Source: a virus | Reading direction: 5' to 3' (one strand) | Virus record (IMG/VR): IMGVR_UViG_3300010885_055964 | Coordinates: 32,001 to 96,000 of that record | Length of the DNA stretch: 64,000 nt | Shown here: positions 19,462-29,156 of the stretch, piece after piece | Position numbering within the stretch: position 1 is the first letter of the stretch | How the letters are laid out: every line of letters begins with the position of its first letter | The notes under the pieces: model-generated | Databases searched by the model: none | What the model saw: only the letters and a program-made list of their open reading frames with translations | Told to the model about the DNA's origin: nothing | Program-made: the position numbers and the translations under genes

Positions 19462-20889
19462 ATGGCATCGCTTATATTTTATTTTAATCAGCAAGAATTT
19501 ATCGCTGAAACTTTAGATGATCTGTGTGATAAGACGGATATGAGTGACTTAGAAGTGATAATATGTAACGATACTGGCACTTTGATAAATGGCATACAAA
19601 TTAATCCATTGATACGTGAGAAGGTGAGAGTAATCGACAGTAACCGTGTGGGAAGGGCTAAGTCCTGGGCAGCCGCAGCGGATCAAGCTTATAATAAACA
19701 ATTAGTTTTCATAGGAGGAATTACCAAATTTTCGGAAGGATGGTTGCCTTACCTAATCGACCAACTAGATGATACTGCTATCTTGACACCTGTCATTCAT
19801 TTATTAGACACCAACATATGGCAAAGTCAAAGCAATAGATGGCAAAAGATTGGGTGGCAATGGGATCTAGAATTATGTAGTAAACCATTATCCAATGATA
19901 ATTTAACGGCAACTGTTACTTCCTATTGTTTTGCTATTGCCAAGCAGCGATACGACCAGATAGGAGGTTTAGATCTCGGCATGGACGTAGGAGGTGGTGA
20001 AGATATTGAAATATCATACAGGAATTGGATATTTGGTGGCTATTGTGCTGTAGTGCCTAAATCAGTCATAGCCACGGCAGCCCAACGAACCCCTGCAGCT
20101 AATTCATTAAGAAATATACATCGTATCATACAAGCTTGGCTACCAGAATACGAAACATATGTAAAGAGTCATTATGGAGAATTACCAGACACGGGTAAAT
20201 TTAACGATTTGCTACAGCTCGAGAGACTAAGAGTTAAATCTAACCTCGATGTGATACAGCAATTACAACCAGAGCTGCTGGGTGTTTATTCTTTGCGGCA
20301 GTCGATACAGGGCCGCTCCTTGGCCATAGTAGCTCCTGGACATTCATTCGATTATACAGACAAATCTTCGATCAATCGTAATCAAGTAGTGGTAGGTATC
20401 GATTATGTTGGTATGTGCATAGATTGCGATTATGTCATAACCGATAATGTGGATATCGCATTAGAGTTAATGAAGAAATATGAGGCCAATAAATTAATAT
20501 TACCAACAGTCATACGGAACAGGATAATAGGCCGATACGAATTCGCTGCAGAAATTTGCCCTGGAAGTATCGTTTTCGAATTAAAACAGTTTGGCCATTT
20601 AGACATATCTATCCATCCGCCATTCATAAATATAGATGATATAGTGGTAACAGCCGTGCACATGGCTTTATTTATGAAACCATCGAACATTAATTTATAT
20701 GGGGTCGATTATAGATTGATAAATTATAAGAGCCACGCTGCTAAGATTGGATATTATGAAGATGGATCAATGTTGGCTGATTCGGAGACTACTACAAACA
20801 AGTTTAGATTCAGCGAATACGCACTACATAAAATTGGAGATATAGCAGTGATCGCCGGAATACCTATTATGAGGATAAATCATTTGTGA
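19462..20889 (+). CDS. GT27 (polypeptide GalNAc-transferase)-like glycosyltransferase fused to a DUF115-like domain
   Basis: TPVIHLLD, FAIAKQRYDQIGGLDLGMDVGGGEDIEISYRNWIFGG; C-terminal IVAPGHS...INLYGVDY. Confidence 0.7.
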   Translation: MASLIFYFNQQEFIAETLDDLCDKTDMSDLEVIICNDTGTLINGIQINPLIREKVRVIDSNRVGRAKSWAAAADQAYNKQLVFIGGITKFSEGWLPYLIDQLDDTAILTPVIHLLDTNIWQSQSNRWQKIGWQWDLELCSKPLSNDNLTATVTSYCFAIAKQRYDQIGGLDLGMDVGGGEDIEISYRNWIFGGYCAVVPKSVIATAAQRTPAANSLRNIHRIIQAWLPEYETYVKSHYGELPDTGKFNDLLQLERLRVKSNLDVIQQLQPELLGVYSLRQSIQGRSLAIVAPGHSFDYTDKSSINRNQVVVGIDYVGMCIDCDYVITDNVDIALELMKKYEANKLILPTVIRNRIIGRYEFAAEICPGSIVFELKQFGHLDISIHPPFINIDDIVVTAVHMALFMKPSNINLYGVDYRLINYKSHAAKIGYYEDGSMLADSETTTNKFRFSEYALHKIGDIAVIAGIPIMRINHL

Positions 20890-20923
20890 ATGGTATCGAG
20901 TATTGATAATTCAAACATAATAT

Positions 20924-21253
20924 ATGGACATTATACACATCATATTATGTTTGCTAGTGTTATCACAAGTAATCGCGCAACTCATCACATTGGTACTACT
21001 ATACAAGATATATTACATTTTTGATAGATTTAGATTTCCCTGGGAAGAGATCAAGGCTATAACAAATGCTTGGAAAACCACAATACCCCCAAGCGATTTC
21101 TCGTCAAACAAGGATATTACGCCAACTACGGGAGCTAAAGCAGCTAGCACAGTTAAAGAACTCCCACCAGAAGCAATTGCCCCCAGTCTTAAAAGAATGC
21201 AAAGAACATCAGGCTTCGGTTCCGGTATTAGTGACAAGAACAGTGATACATAA
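20924..21253 (+). CDS. Small membrane-anchored protein
   Basis: Hydrophobic N-terminal helix, low-complexity tail. Confidence 0.6.
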   Translation: MDIIHIILCLLVLSQVIAQLITLVLLYKIYYIFDRFRFPWEEIKAITNAWKTTIPPSDFSSNKDITPTTGAKAASTVKELPPEAIAPSLKRMQRTSGFGSGISDKNSDT

Positions 21254-21425
21254 GTTTACTCAACAGGTGACCGTACGCAGAGAGATTAAAGTAATAATCA
21301 ATAGCGATCGTCCAAGACCATGCCAATTACCAAAAGATAGTGCGATACAGCCTGATATTGACCACGCGGTTGATGAGTTACAAGTATATAGGCTAGGTGA
21401 TGTCTTCAACGGCAGGAGAGTAGTT

Positions 21426-22508
21426 ATGCAACACTTAGGCATCGATGTGGGCACTAAGACTATAGTTTTAGCATATAGATCAGATGATAAGGTAGGATAT
21501 CTGTCAGAAATTAATGGCTATTACCCTTTCGAAAGGTGTACACCATTTATCAAGAATATGCTCAATGATCCGAATAAGGTACGGTCTGATGGCACCAAGA
21601 GACCAGCTAGGTGGTTCGAACACGATGGTAAGGCGATCGTATTAGGTAGAGATGCTGAAGAATTCGCATATGCTAAGAACGATACATTATTGAGACCAAT
21701 GGCTGAAGGCGGCATAGCAGCAGATGAAGCGGCTATGACCGTGTTAGCTGCTATAGTTCAGGGTTTAATGACTATGGCTGAGCATGATGTAGGAAAGTTC
21801 GATGATCAAGTTAAGCTATGTTATTGTACTACTGCTAAAGCGATAAACAAGCATTCGAATATAGATTATCATCAGAGAGTCGTTAATTTGGTTCTCGAGG
21901 GTTATGATACCAAGGCCAAGCTATCATATAATTCGATATATGAATCCCACGCTATTGTTATAGACATGAGTGAAGACGGTACTGGAATAGGGATATCATG
22001 GGGGGCAGGTACTGTAACTGTTAGCTACGTCAAGTACGGTTTAGAAGTATACTCTTTCTGTTGGGTAGGTGCCGGTGATTGGATAGACTCACAAGTAGCA
22101 TCTAGGCATGGGTATGATCCAAATGCTGTAAACACTATGAAGAAAAAGGCGAAGGAAACGCCGACAACTGTGGCCAAGAAGAAGACTGAAGTAGACTTGA
22201 CTCCGGGTGTAGATTATAGTAATGATAGATTAGCGATGGATATAGTGCTTCATTACGACGTGCTTATAAATCAAGTGATAGAAGGCATTGTTGAAGGCTT
22301 TAAGCAGAACGAGTCTGAAGCGAGAATTGAAGGTGCTGTGCCTATATTTATGGCTGGCGGCACCTCGTCGCCAGTTGGTTTCGTAGAAAGATGCGCTGAA
22401 AAGTTAAATCAATTAGAACCGCCTTTTGAAGTAGGAACTATCAAAAGGGCCGAACAGCCATTGTATTCCGTAGCGACTGGCTGCCTAAAGGCAGCTGAAA
22501 TGTTTTGA
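21426..22508 (+). CDS. Actin-family ATPase (MreB/MamK/ParM-like)
   Basis: LGIDVGTKT (phosphate 1), LLRPMAEG, GISWGAGT (phosphate 2), MAGGTS (adenosine), YSVATG; AGGAG before ATG 21426; frame also open upstream. Confidence 0.8.
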   Translation: MQHLGIDVGTKTIVLAYRSDDKVGYLSEINGYYPFERCTPFIKNMLNDPNKVRSDGTKRPARWFEHDGKAIVLGRDAEEFAYAKNDTLLRPMAEGGIAADEAAMTVLAAIVQGLMTMAEHDVGKFDDQVKLCYCTTAKAINKHSNIDYHQRVVNLVLEGYDTKAKLSYNSIYESHAIVIDMSEDGTGIGISWGAGTVTVSYVKYGLEVYSFCWVGAGDWIDSQVASRHGYDPNAVNTMKKKAKETPTTVAKKKTEVDLTPGVDYSNDRLAMDIVLHYDVLINQVIEGIVEGFKQNESEARIEGAVPIFMAGGTSSPVGFVERCAEKLNQLEPPFEVGTIKRAEQPLYSVATGCLKAAEMF

Positions 22509-22613
22509 CATAATATGTGACGGACTGCATTTGTATTCTGGTTAGTATTGATATGTGTTTGTATCGAAGTGGCCATTGTATTCAAAAGCAAAAACTTTCA
22601 ATAGATATGAACA

Positions 22614-24062
22614 ATGGCATATGATCCCAAAGATTATAGTGGTTCTACGCAATTTGTACATTTGCACAATCACACTGTATTTTCTGCTCTGGATGGTGTA
22701 GCCACTCCAGAACAATACGCTAAATTATGCTCTGAGCGTGGGTATCCTGCTATGAGTGCTACTGAGCACGGGCATATGGCATCGGTACCCGACATGTACT
22801 TGGCGTTTAAAAAATATGGAATCAAGTATATTCCAGGATGTGAAATATATTATAATGACTGGGAACCGCATAGACAAACGCTGGAACAAAGCGGAACAAA
22901 GGTCAGATCTCCCGAATGGAGAAAAAATAATCCTGATATTTCTGCTAGGATATCTAGAAACAGACATTTAACTATATTATGTAAAAACGAAGTAGGATAC
23001 CATAATTTATTAAAACTTACTACTCAAGCATATGAGACTGGTTTATTCGGCATGGGTAGGACGCAGTATAACCGAATATGGTTTGAAAAGCTATGTGAGT
23101 ATAAAGAAGGTCTTATTATATTATCAGGCTGCTTAAATGGCCCAATTAGTCATGAACTTAGGCATCGCTTCCTTAAGGATAAAGAAGGCGTCAAGATTTT
23201 CGAACGAGATAAACAACAAGCTTTCAATGATGCTATAAAATATGTAAAGATGTTTAAAAAAGAATTTGGTGATGACTATTATATAGAATTACAGATGCCT
23301 GGTATTGAAGCCATTGATAAGTGGGGCGAAAAAACGGTAAGTGATGATGCTGTCTTCAAGTGGTCAATAGCTATAGCCGATAAATACAATATACCTGTCG
23401 TTTTGACCAATGATTGTCATTATTTAGATCGCAAAGACTTCGAATTGCAAAAGCTTATGATGGCTGTGGCTCAAGAAACAACTATGGATTCTCCCGATTT
23501 ATTTCATGTTAATAGTAGTGAGCAATTCGTACAATCTAGAGCTGAATTGTGGTCTAGATTTAAAAACAATAAATATAGCGAAGGTATAGACGATAGAATA
23601 TTTGAAGTGATGTGTGATAATACATTGAAAATAGCAGAAAAATGCGTAGCATTTGATGTAGACACGTCCCCTAAGATACCTGAAATAGATAATGCTGATG
23701 ATTCTATCAAGCAGATCGTAGCCAAACGCTTAAAGGAAGGTGGATACGATAAAATAACTAAGAGATATTTAATAGACGGAAAAGAAGTGACATACGTTGA
23801 GCAAGCTAAAATAGAATTAAATAGATTTATCGATAAGGGATATTCGAGTTATTTTTTAATAACTCAAGATCTTGTTAACTATGGTAGACAAAGAGGTTGG
23901 CCGTTTAGCCCAAGAGGCAGTGCTGGTGGTTCTTTGGTGTGTTTCTTGATGGGCATCCATACGTTGAATCCTATGTTGTGGGGTCTATCGTTTGATAGGT
24001 TTTTATCACCTAGTAGAGGTGGTTATATGTTAAACGTAGACATGCCAGATCCAATCAGTTGA
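22614..24062 (+). CDS. dnaE: DNA polymerase III alpha, N-terminal part (PHP domain + start of palm)
   Basis: HLHNHTVFSALDG, TEHG, GCE, SGCLNG, TNDCH, PRGSAGGSLV, FDRFLSPSR. Confidence 0.92.
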   Translation: MAYDPKDYSGSTQFVHLHNHTVFSALDGVATPEQYAKLCSERGYPAMSATEHGHMASVPDMYLAFKKYGIKYIPGCEIYYNDWEPHRQTLEQSGTKVRSPEWRKNNPDISARISRNRHLTILCKNEVGYHNLLKLTTQAYETGLFGMGRTQYNRIWFEKLCEYKEGLIILSGCLNGPISHELRHRFLKDKEGVKIFERDKQQAFNDAIKYVKMFKKEFGDDYYIELQMPGIEAIDKWGEKTVSDDAVFKWSIAIADKYNIPVVLTNDCHYLDRKDFELQKLMMAVAQETTMDSPDLFHVNSSEQFVQSRAELWSRFKNNKYSEGIDDRIFEVMCDNTLKIAEKCVAFDVDTSPKIPEIDNADDSIKQIVAKRLKEGGYDKITKRYLIDGKEVTYVEQAKIELNRFIDKGYSSYFLITQDLVNYGRQRGWPFSPRGSAGGSLVCFLMGIHTLNPMLWGLSFDRFLSPSRGGYMLNVDMPDPIS

Positions 24063-24088
24063 TTTATTACAATTGCTGGAGTCATTAA

Positions 24089-24580
24089 ATGACAGAGACA
24101 AAAGATTTAGAAATAGCGATTAGCGAACTTAAGCATTCTATAAAGATTCATCTGTTAATAATGGCAGGTCCGAGCCAGCAGCTTTGTGCTTTTTTGGTAA
24201 AAACGATCGATTTATTAGAAGATGATGATATTCAAAGGAAAAAGCAGGAAACATTGTTGTTGGCCTTTAGTATCGTAGAGGCAATAGCGGTGCATGTTCA
24301 ACAGGCGATTGATGCGAGGGGCCAAGTAGCGAAAAACAAAGGTAATCATATGCCAGAGAATGTCAGATCTTATTCTGATAATATATTAATAACGTTAGGC
24401 CAGGTAAGAGGACTAAATGACAAGAGGGTGGCTAAAACGGCTGTGCTTGTCGCTATAGGCAAAGCATTAGATGCTCTGGGGACATTTACTGGCGCAGTAT
24501 ACCCTACGATTTTTGAAGTTGATGGACGTCAGCTGAATAATCACCAGACAAGACCCGGAGAACAAGCGGAGACATTATGA
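24089..24580 (+). CDS. Hypothetical protein between dnaE halves
   Basis: 163-aa ORF, GGAG RBS. Confidence 0.6.
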   Translation: MTETKDLEIAISELKHSIKIHLLIMAGPSQQLCAFLVKTIDLLEDDDIQRKKQETLLLAFSIVEAIAVHVQQAIDARGQVAKNKGNHMPENVRSYSDNILITLGQVRGLNDKRVAKTAVLVAIGKALDALGTFTGAVYPTIFEVDGRQLNNHQTRPGEQAETL

Positions 24581-24831
24581 AGGATTTTAGCTGGTACACC
24601 GCCGTTATTGTATTCGTTATATATATATTATTCGATATATTATATGCTCTTTATGTCATGTGTGTTAGTCAACAAAGAGCTTTGCGGGCTAGTGTTATAA
24701 GCTCGATATTATATAGCATAGGTGCATATGGGGTTATGAATTATTTAGAGAATCCATTGTACATTATTCCCTTAGCATGCGGTGCGTTTATAGGCACTTT
24801 TATTGCTGTGAAATATATGGGCCATTTGTAA
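24577..24831 (+). CDS. Small multi-pass membrane protein
   Basis: 84 aa, about three hydrophobic segments. Confidence 0.7.
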   Translation: MKDFSWYTAVIVFVIYILFDILYALYVMCVSQQRALRASVISSILYSIGAYGVMNYLENPLYIIPLACGAFIGTFIAVKYMGHL

Positions 24832-24873
24832 TTAGGCAGATTGAATAGCGGAATAACGTGTATTAGGAAGAAC

Positions 24874-25293
24874 ATGAACATCAATTATGAGAAGACTGCC
24901 TTTGTGCTGATCAAACCTCCTTCTAAGGTAGTTTCTACACATAAGATCAACAACAGGCATGAGCATATCAAGCTAATCGAGACAGCTAAACATAATGAAT
25001 TGTTGCTATATTATTCCCATGTCATAAAAAAAGGAAATAAATATTACACTGATCAACCGTTAATAGTTGATGAAGAATCAGCTAAAAACTATATCGATAT
25101 GTTCTCTGACAACACAGAGAAGGAGGACAGTGTTGAAGTTCAGCCCAGTGTTCAGGTCGCACCGCCAATCACAGAAGAACGGTCGCTTGTATGTCCTTTT
25201 TGTAATAAAAAAATGTCAAGCACACCGGGGCGGACTTTACACATTAAATCTAAACATCCCGATAAGTTAGATGAGTACAAGGGCATGCTATGA
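24874..25293 (+). CDS. C2H2 zinc-finger protein
   Basis: CPFCNKKMSSTPGRTLHIKSKH; start moved to ATG 24874 (AGGAAG upstream). Confidence 0.7.
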   Translation: MNINYEKTAFVLIKPPSKVVSTHKINNRHEHIKLIETAKHNELLLYYSHVIKKGNKYYTDQPLIVDEESAKNYIDMFSDNTEKEDSVEVQPSVQVAPPITEERSLVCPFCNKKMSSTPGRTLHIKSKHPDKLDEYKGML

Positions 25294-27995
25294 AGAATTG
25301 GGATCAGATAAAGGAATTAGCTTATCGAGTAGTGTCCGATCGTGGTCTAGATAAAAAATATCAAGAACGTTTGGCTTTTGAAATTATTGAAATAGAAAAA
25401 CAAGGTGCTAGTGCTAAGTGGGAAATATATTATAACGATAATAAGAAATTCGCTACCAATCCAAATAATTTAGTGTTACCGTGGTTATTAAATATGGTTA
25501 ATGAGGATCCTATACTTAGTAGGAATGATATTATATTAAACACAGTTAGAGCATCAAAAGTCAAAGAATACCGAGCCAAATATGGGAGTATTCCTTCTGA
25601 TTTTATTAAAGATACAGACATGCCAGACATTGATCTAGATTGCTTACCAGAAGCTAGAGATCCTATTAAAGAATATGCCGCTAAGACATATAGTATGGGT
25701 ATAACGGATGGATATGGTCCTGTCTGTTCTGTAGGAACTTGGCAGACTTATAAATTCAAAAACGCTATTATTGATGCTTGTGCTGGAACAGGATTGGTGG
25801 ATAGAAGTGTAGCTTTCGAGCTGACTACTCAATTGCCAGATGAAGTCGATCAATTAAAAGACGGAGGTGAGGCCGCTTGCAAAAACCGCATTATTGATAA
25901 TGGAGAGGAAAAAGAATGCGGATTTATTCATAGCTTAACCGAATGCCCAAGATGTGGTTCAGCAGACACTGATGCCCCAACCATAGGTAAGTTATTACAA
26001 GAATACGAAATATTAAGAAATTTCGCTTCTACGCATAAAACAGTAGTTGGATATGCTGTTAAACTGGTGGGTCGTGTGCGTAATATGGGCATGCATGCTG
26101 GTGCTCTCATAATAGCAGATAGGTCACTATTCGGTAATATCCCAATGGCTAAAAGCAGCAGCAAAGGCTATTGGGTCAGTATGTGGACAGAAGGCCGCAA
26201 TGCTCAATTATCTAAATTTGGATATAATAAATGGGATATACTTGGTCTCAAAACACTTAAATATATTTTTGAATGTTGTAAATTGATAGAAGCCAATCGC
26301 GGTATATCTTTCGGACCTAACATGGAAGGATGGGACTATAACGATCCCGAAACCGGGATAGCAGGATGGTATATTGATGGAACCGGAAAGAAATGTGATA
26401 TATTACTTAATGACGAACATACCTTAAGATTAGCTAACGAATTAAAAACAGATGGTGTTTTCCAATTCGACACAGATTTAGCTAAACAAATATTATCGAA
26501 TGGTGTACGCAACTTCGATGACTTAATGTTGTTTAATGCTATGGGCCATCCAGGCCCAATGGCTTCGATTCCAGAAGCAGTAGAAAATAGAGATAATTTC
26601 AAGAAAGATTGGCGATCTGCTTTGCCTAAACCTATTTATGAAATATTAAAGTATACATATGGTGTAATCGTTTACCAGGAGCAATTGCAAGCTATTTGGC
26701 AGATAATGGCAGGGTTTACAGCTCCCGAGGCCCAAGAAGCACGTAAGGCTGTAGCCAAAAAATGGACTCATAAACTAAAACCCATAAGAGAAAAATGGCT
26801 TAAGGGTGCGAGCAGGTCTATGAGTGATAAGGATGCAGAAGCATGGTGGGCCAAAATGGAGACATTCGGTCGTTATGCTTTCAATAAAAGCCACGCCGTC
26901 AGTTATTGTTTGGTAGCTCATAGATGTCTTTGGCTCAAAGCTCATTTTACACCAGAATGGTGGGCCGCAGTGATGAGCGATTGCCACCAAGAAAAGCTAG
27001 TAAGATATATGGGGATAGCTAGGTCTGAAAAATGGAGGCCGACCGAAATCACTTATTCTGGGAAACATCGTCCTGCTAAAAAATCGGATGGAGTCATATT
27101 TGATACGCTAAATTTAGAAAATATGACAAGGAGTTTCACTGTAACAGGAGACACGGTCAATCAGGGCTTAATCGGAATAAAAGGTATAGGGGAAACAGCT
27201 GCTGTAAAGTACGAGCGAAAAGGCGTTTATGCGGACATCGACGAGTTTATTACAAAAACAGGTGGAAAAGATAAAGCCGCATGCGAGCGGTTCATAAAAT
27301 TGGGTGCTTTCAAATATATGCAAGGACATAGCAATTCGAAGGCTGTATGGACATGGTATCAATATAAATATTGCAGTGGGAAAGATATTACTGCACTTAG
27401 GACAACTATCAAAGAGCAATTACTAGCTGCAGAAGGATGGAATGATCAGACTATCGAGCAAGAGAGAAAAAGGCAGATCACTGAATACAAGAAGGCTTAT
27501 CCTAATAGAAGGAAAGTTCCTGAAAAGCTAATAAATTGGAAACCGAGTCCAAATGATTCTCGTGATAATGTAATGGCATTGGTAACTGAAGACTTCTCTC
27601 TTGTGGAAGTGCTGCAGTTTGAGAAAGACTATTTAGGGTATTATTTACATTCTCCTTTAGATCTATACGAGTGTAAGGGACAATGCTCTATTGAAACAGC
27701 TAAAGATTATTCTACTAAAGACACATCAACCAGATTAGAAGGAGTTATCGTAAGCGTAGATTATGGTAAGACCAAAAATGATAAAGATTTCGCTAAGATA
27801 ATAATAAGTGATGGTATACAACAGACATTAGTCTTAATGTGGGAGTCAGAAATCAAACATCAAAATCAAGATACATTAAAACCAGGCGTAGGAGTACAAT
27901 TATACGTCAATTATGACCCTACTAGAAATATCTTCTCAGTAGCAAGAAATGAAGCTATTCTTAGACTAAAACGGAAGCAACATGCAACTAGTTAG
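25290..27995 (+). CDS. dnaE: DNA polymerase III alpha, C-terminal part (palm/fingers/HhH/OB)
   Basis: MPDIDLD, GMHAGA, KWDILGL, GVFQF, YQEQL, FGRYAFNKSHAVSY, IKGIG, C-terminal OB fold. Confidence 0.95.
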   Translation: MKNWDQIKELAYRVVSDRGLDKKYQERLAFEIIEIEKQGASAKWEIYYNDNKKFATNPNNLVLPWLLNMVNEDPILSRNDIILNTVRASKVKEYRAKYGSIPSDFIKDTDMPDIDLDCLPEARDPIKEYAAKTYSMGITDGYGPVCSVGTWQTYKFKNAIIDACAGTGLVDRSVAFELTTQLPDEVDQLKDGGEAACKNRIIDNGEEKECGFIHSLTECPRCGSADTDAPTIGKLLQEYEILRNFASTHKTVVGYAVKLVGRVRNMGMHAGALIIADRSLFGNIPMAKSSSKGYWVSMWTEGRNAQLSKFGYNKWDILGLKTLKYIFECCKLIEANRGISFGPNMEGWDYNDPETGIAGWYIDGTGKKCDILLNDEHTLRLANELKTDGVFQFDTDLAKQILSNGVRNFDDLMLFNAMGHPGPMASIPEAVENRDNFKKDWRSALPKPIYEILKYTYGVIVYQEQLQAIWQIMAGFTAPEAQEARKAVAKKWTHKLKPIREKWLKGASRSMSDKDAEAWWAKMETFGRYAFNKSHAVSYCLVAHRCLWLKAHFTPEWWAAVMSDCHQEKLVRYMGIARSEKWRPTEITYSGKHRPAKKSDGVIFDTLNLENMTRSFTVTGDTVNQGLIGIKGIGETAAVKYERKGVYADIDEFITKTGGKDKAACERFIKLGAFKYMQGHSNSKAVWTWYQYKYCSGKDITALRTTIKEQLLAAEGWNDQTIEQERKRQITEYKKAYPNRRKVPEKLINWKPSPNDSRDNVMALVTEDFSLVEVLQFEKDYLGYYLHSPLDLYECKGQCSIETAKDYSTKDTSTRLEGVIVSVDYGKTKNDKDFAKIIISDGIQQTLVLMWESEIKHQNQDTLKPGVGVQLYVNYDPTRNIFSVARNEAILRLKRKQHATS

Positions 27996-28551
27996 TAAAG
28001 ATGGAATAGCATGTGATCAATGTGGTACCACTCATAAATTAGACTTTACATATTATTCGTTCGATTTCAGGGTCGTATCCGTCATATCAGGTAGAAGGTT
28101 AGCTTTAAGGGAATTATTAAGATCTAAGATAGTTCACTCGCTGGACATATGCCAGCAATGCTATGACAATATAAAAATGGAAGTGATTAAAAACTATCAA
28201 TCTACTATGACTAATGATGTGAGAAAACGGGGTACGAGTAATACGGTAATTTGCGAAATTAGTGGTAGGAAAATATTAGGTGCTAACTATAATTATTATT
28301 TATGTTGTGTGACAGAAGTAAATGTGTCTACATCAGGCCAGCCCAACATTTGCACAACATGCAGACAACAGACTAGAGATAGTGATAAAATATGTAGCAA
28401 TTGCAAAGGTAGCTCGTTTACAAGGACAGCTAATACCTCGACATACGATAGATTACTCGATATAAATGTATGTCAGGAGTCATTTAAAGATATGGTAAAT
28501 AAGTCAGAGTTGGTGAAAAAACAAGCGTCAGAGTGGTCTACTAATAGTTAG
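27982..28551 (+). CDS. Cys-rich zinc-binding hypothetical protein
   Basis: CDQC, CQQC, CTTC, CSNC pairs. Confidence 0.6.
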   Translation: MQLVSKDGIACDQCGTTHKLDFTYYSFDFRVVSVISGRRLALRELLRSKIVHSLDICQQCYDNIKMEVIKNYQSTMTNDVRKRGTSNTVICEISGRKILGANYNYYLCCVTEVNVSTSGQPNICTTCRQQTRDSDKICSNCKGSSFTRTANTSTYDRLLDINVCQESFKDMVNKSELVKKQASEWSTNS

Positions 28552-28559
28552 GGATAAAA

Positions 28560-29156
28560 ATGTATAATCCATATGACCTAGTTAAGATCAAGATAAATGG
28601 CAAAGAGACATATGGTAGACCTGTGGCATTCGACTCTGACCCAATAAACATACATACTTTGAAAAATAAGGATGGTGAGCTAATTAAGCCGATTTTATTG
28701 ACTAGTGCCTGTCCAGATTGTGGCCAAGGCCTTGAGATTAATATAAGCCAGGGTGAATGCCCATCAGGAGTGTATATTGAATGCCACCTGTGTAAGGATA
28801 AATCGAAAATCAAGGTCGGAACCGTTAATAGGTTCAGGAAAAATGAGGAAGCACCAACAGATGAACCACTGCTTTGTAAAAATAATGATATTTGCAATAT
28901 CGACACGACAGTAGAACAAAGATTCGATATGCCTGAAGAACAACACCCAGATGTCGCTTCTGAGACTAAAGACGAACCCAAGCAGAACATAAAGAAAAAT
29001 AAGAGAAGTAAGAAGAAGACAGACATTAATGAGCAAACCAATGCCGACCCAGTAGGATTCGTTAATGTACCTCCATTAAAGAAGAGGATCGAATCAGCTC
29101 AAGGCTTAACAGAGGAAGTAGAAATAGACGACGCAGACATGGTCGAATTAGAATGA
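28560..29156 (+). CDS. Zinc-ribbon hypothetical protein
   Basis: CPDC...CHLC, charged tail. Confidence 0.6.
   Translation: MYNPYDLVKIKINGKETYGRPVAFDSDPINIHTLKNKDGELIKPILLTSACPDCGQGLEINISQGECPSGVYIECHLCKDKSKIKVGTVNRFRKNEEAPTDEPLLCKNNDICNIDTTVEQRFDMPEEQHPDVASETKDEPKQNIKKNKRSKKKTDINEQTNADPVGFVNVPPLKKRIESAQGLTEEVEIDDADMVELE

Noticed and set aside
21066-21227. ORF-track start of the actin-like gene at 21066
   Set aside because: Overlaps the upstream membrane-protein gene extensively; the RBS supports 21426
22614-27995. Split intein or group I intron in dnaE
   Set aside because: No Cys-start intein N block, no HN/C junction, no homing endonuclease and no intron core in the intervening DNA
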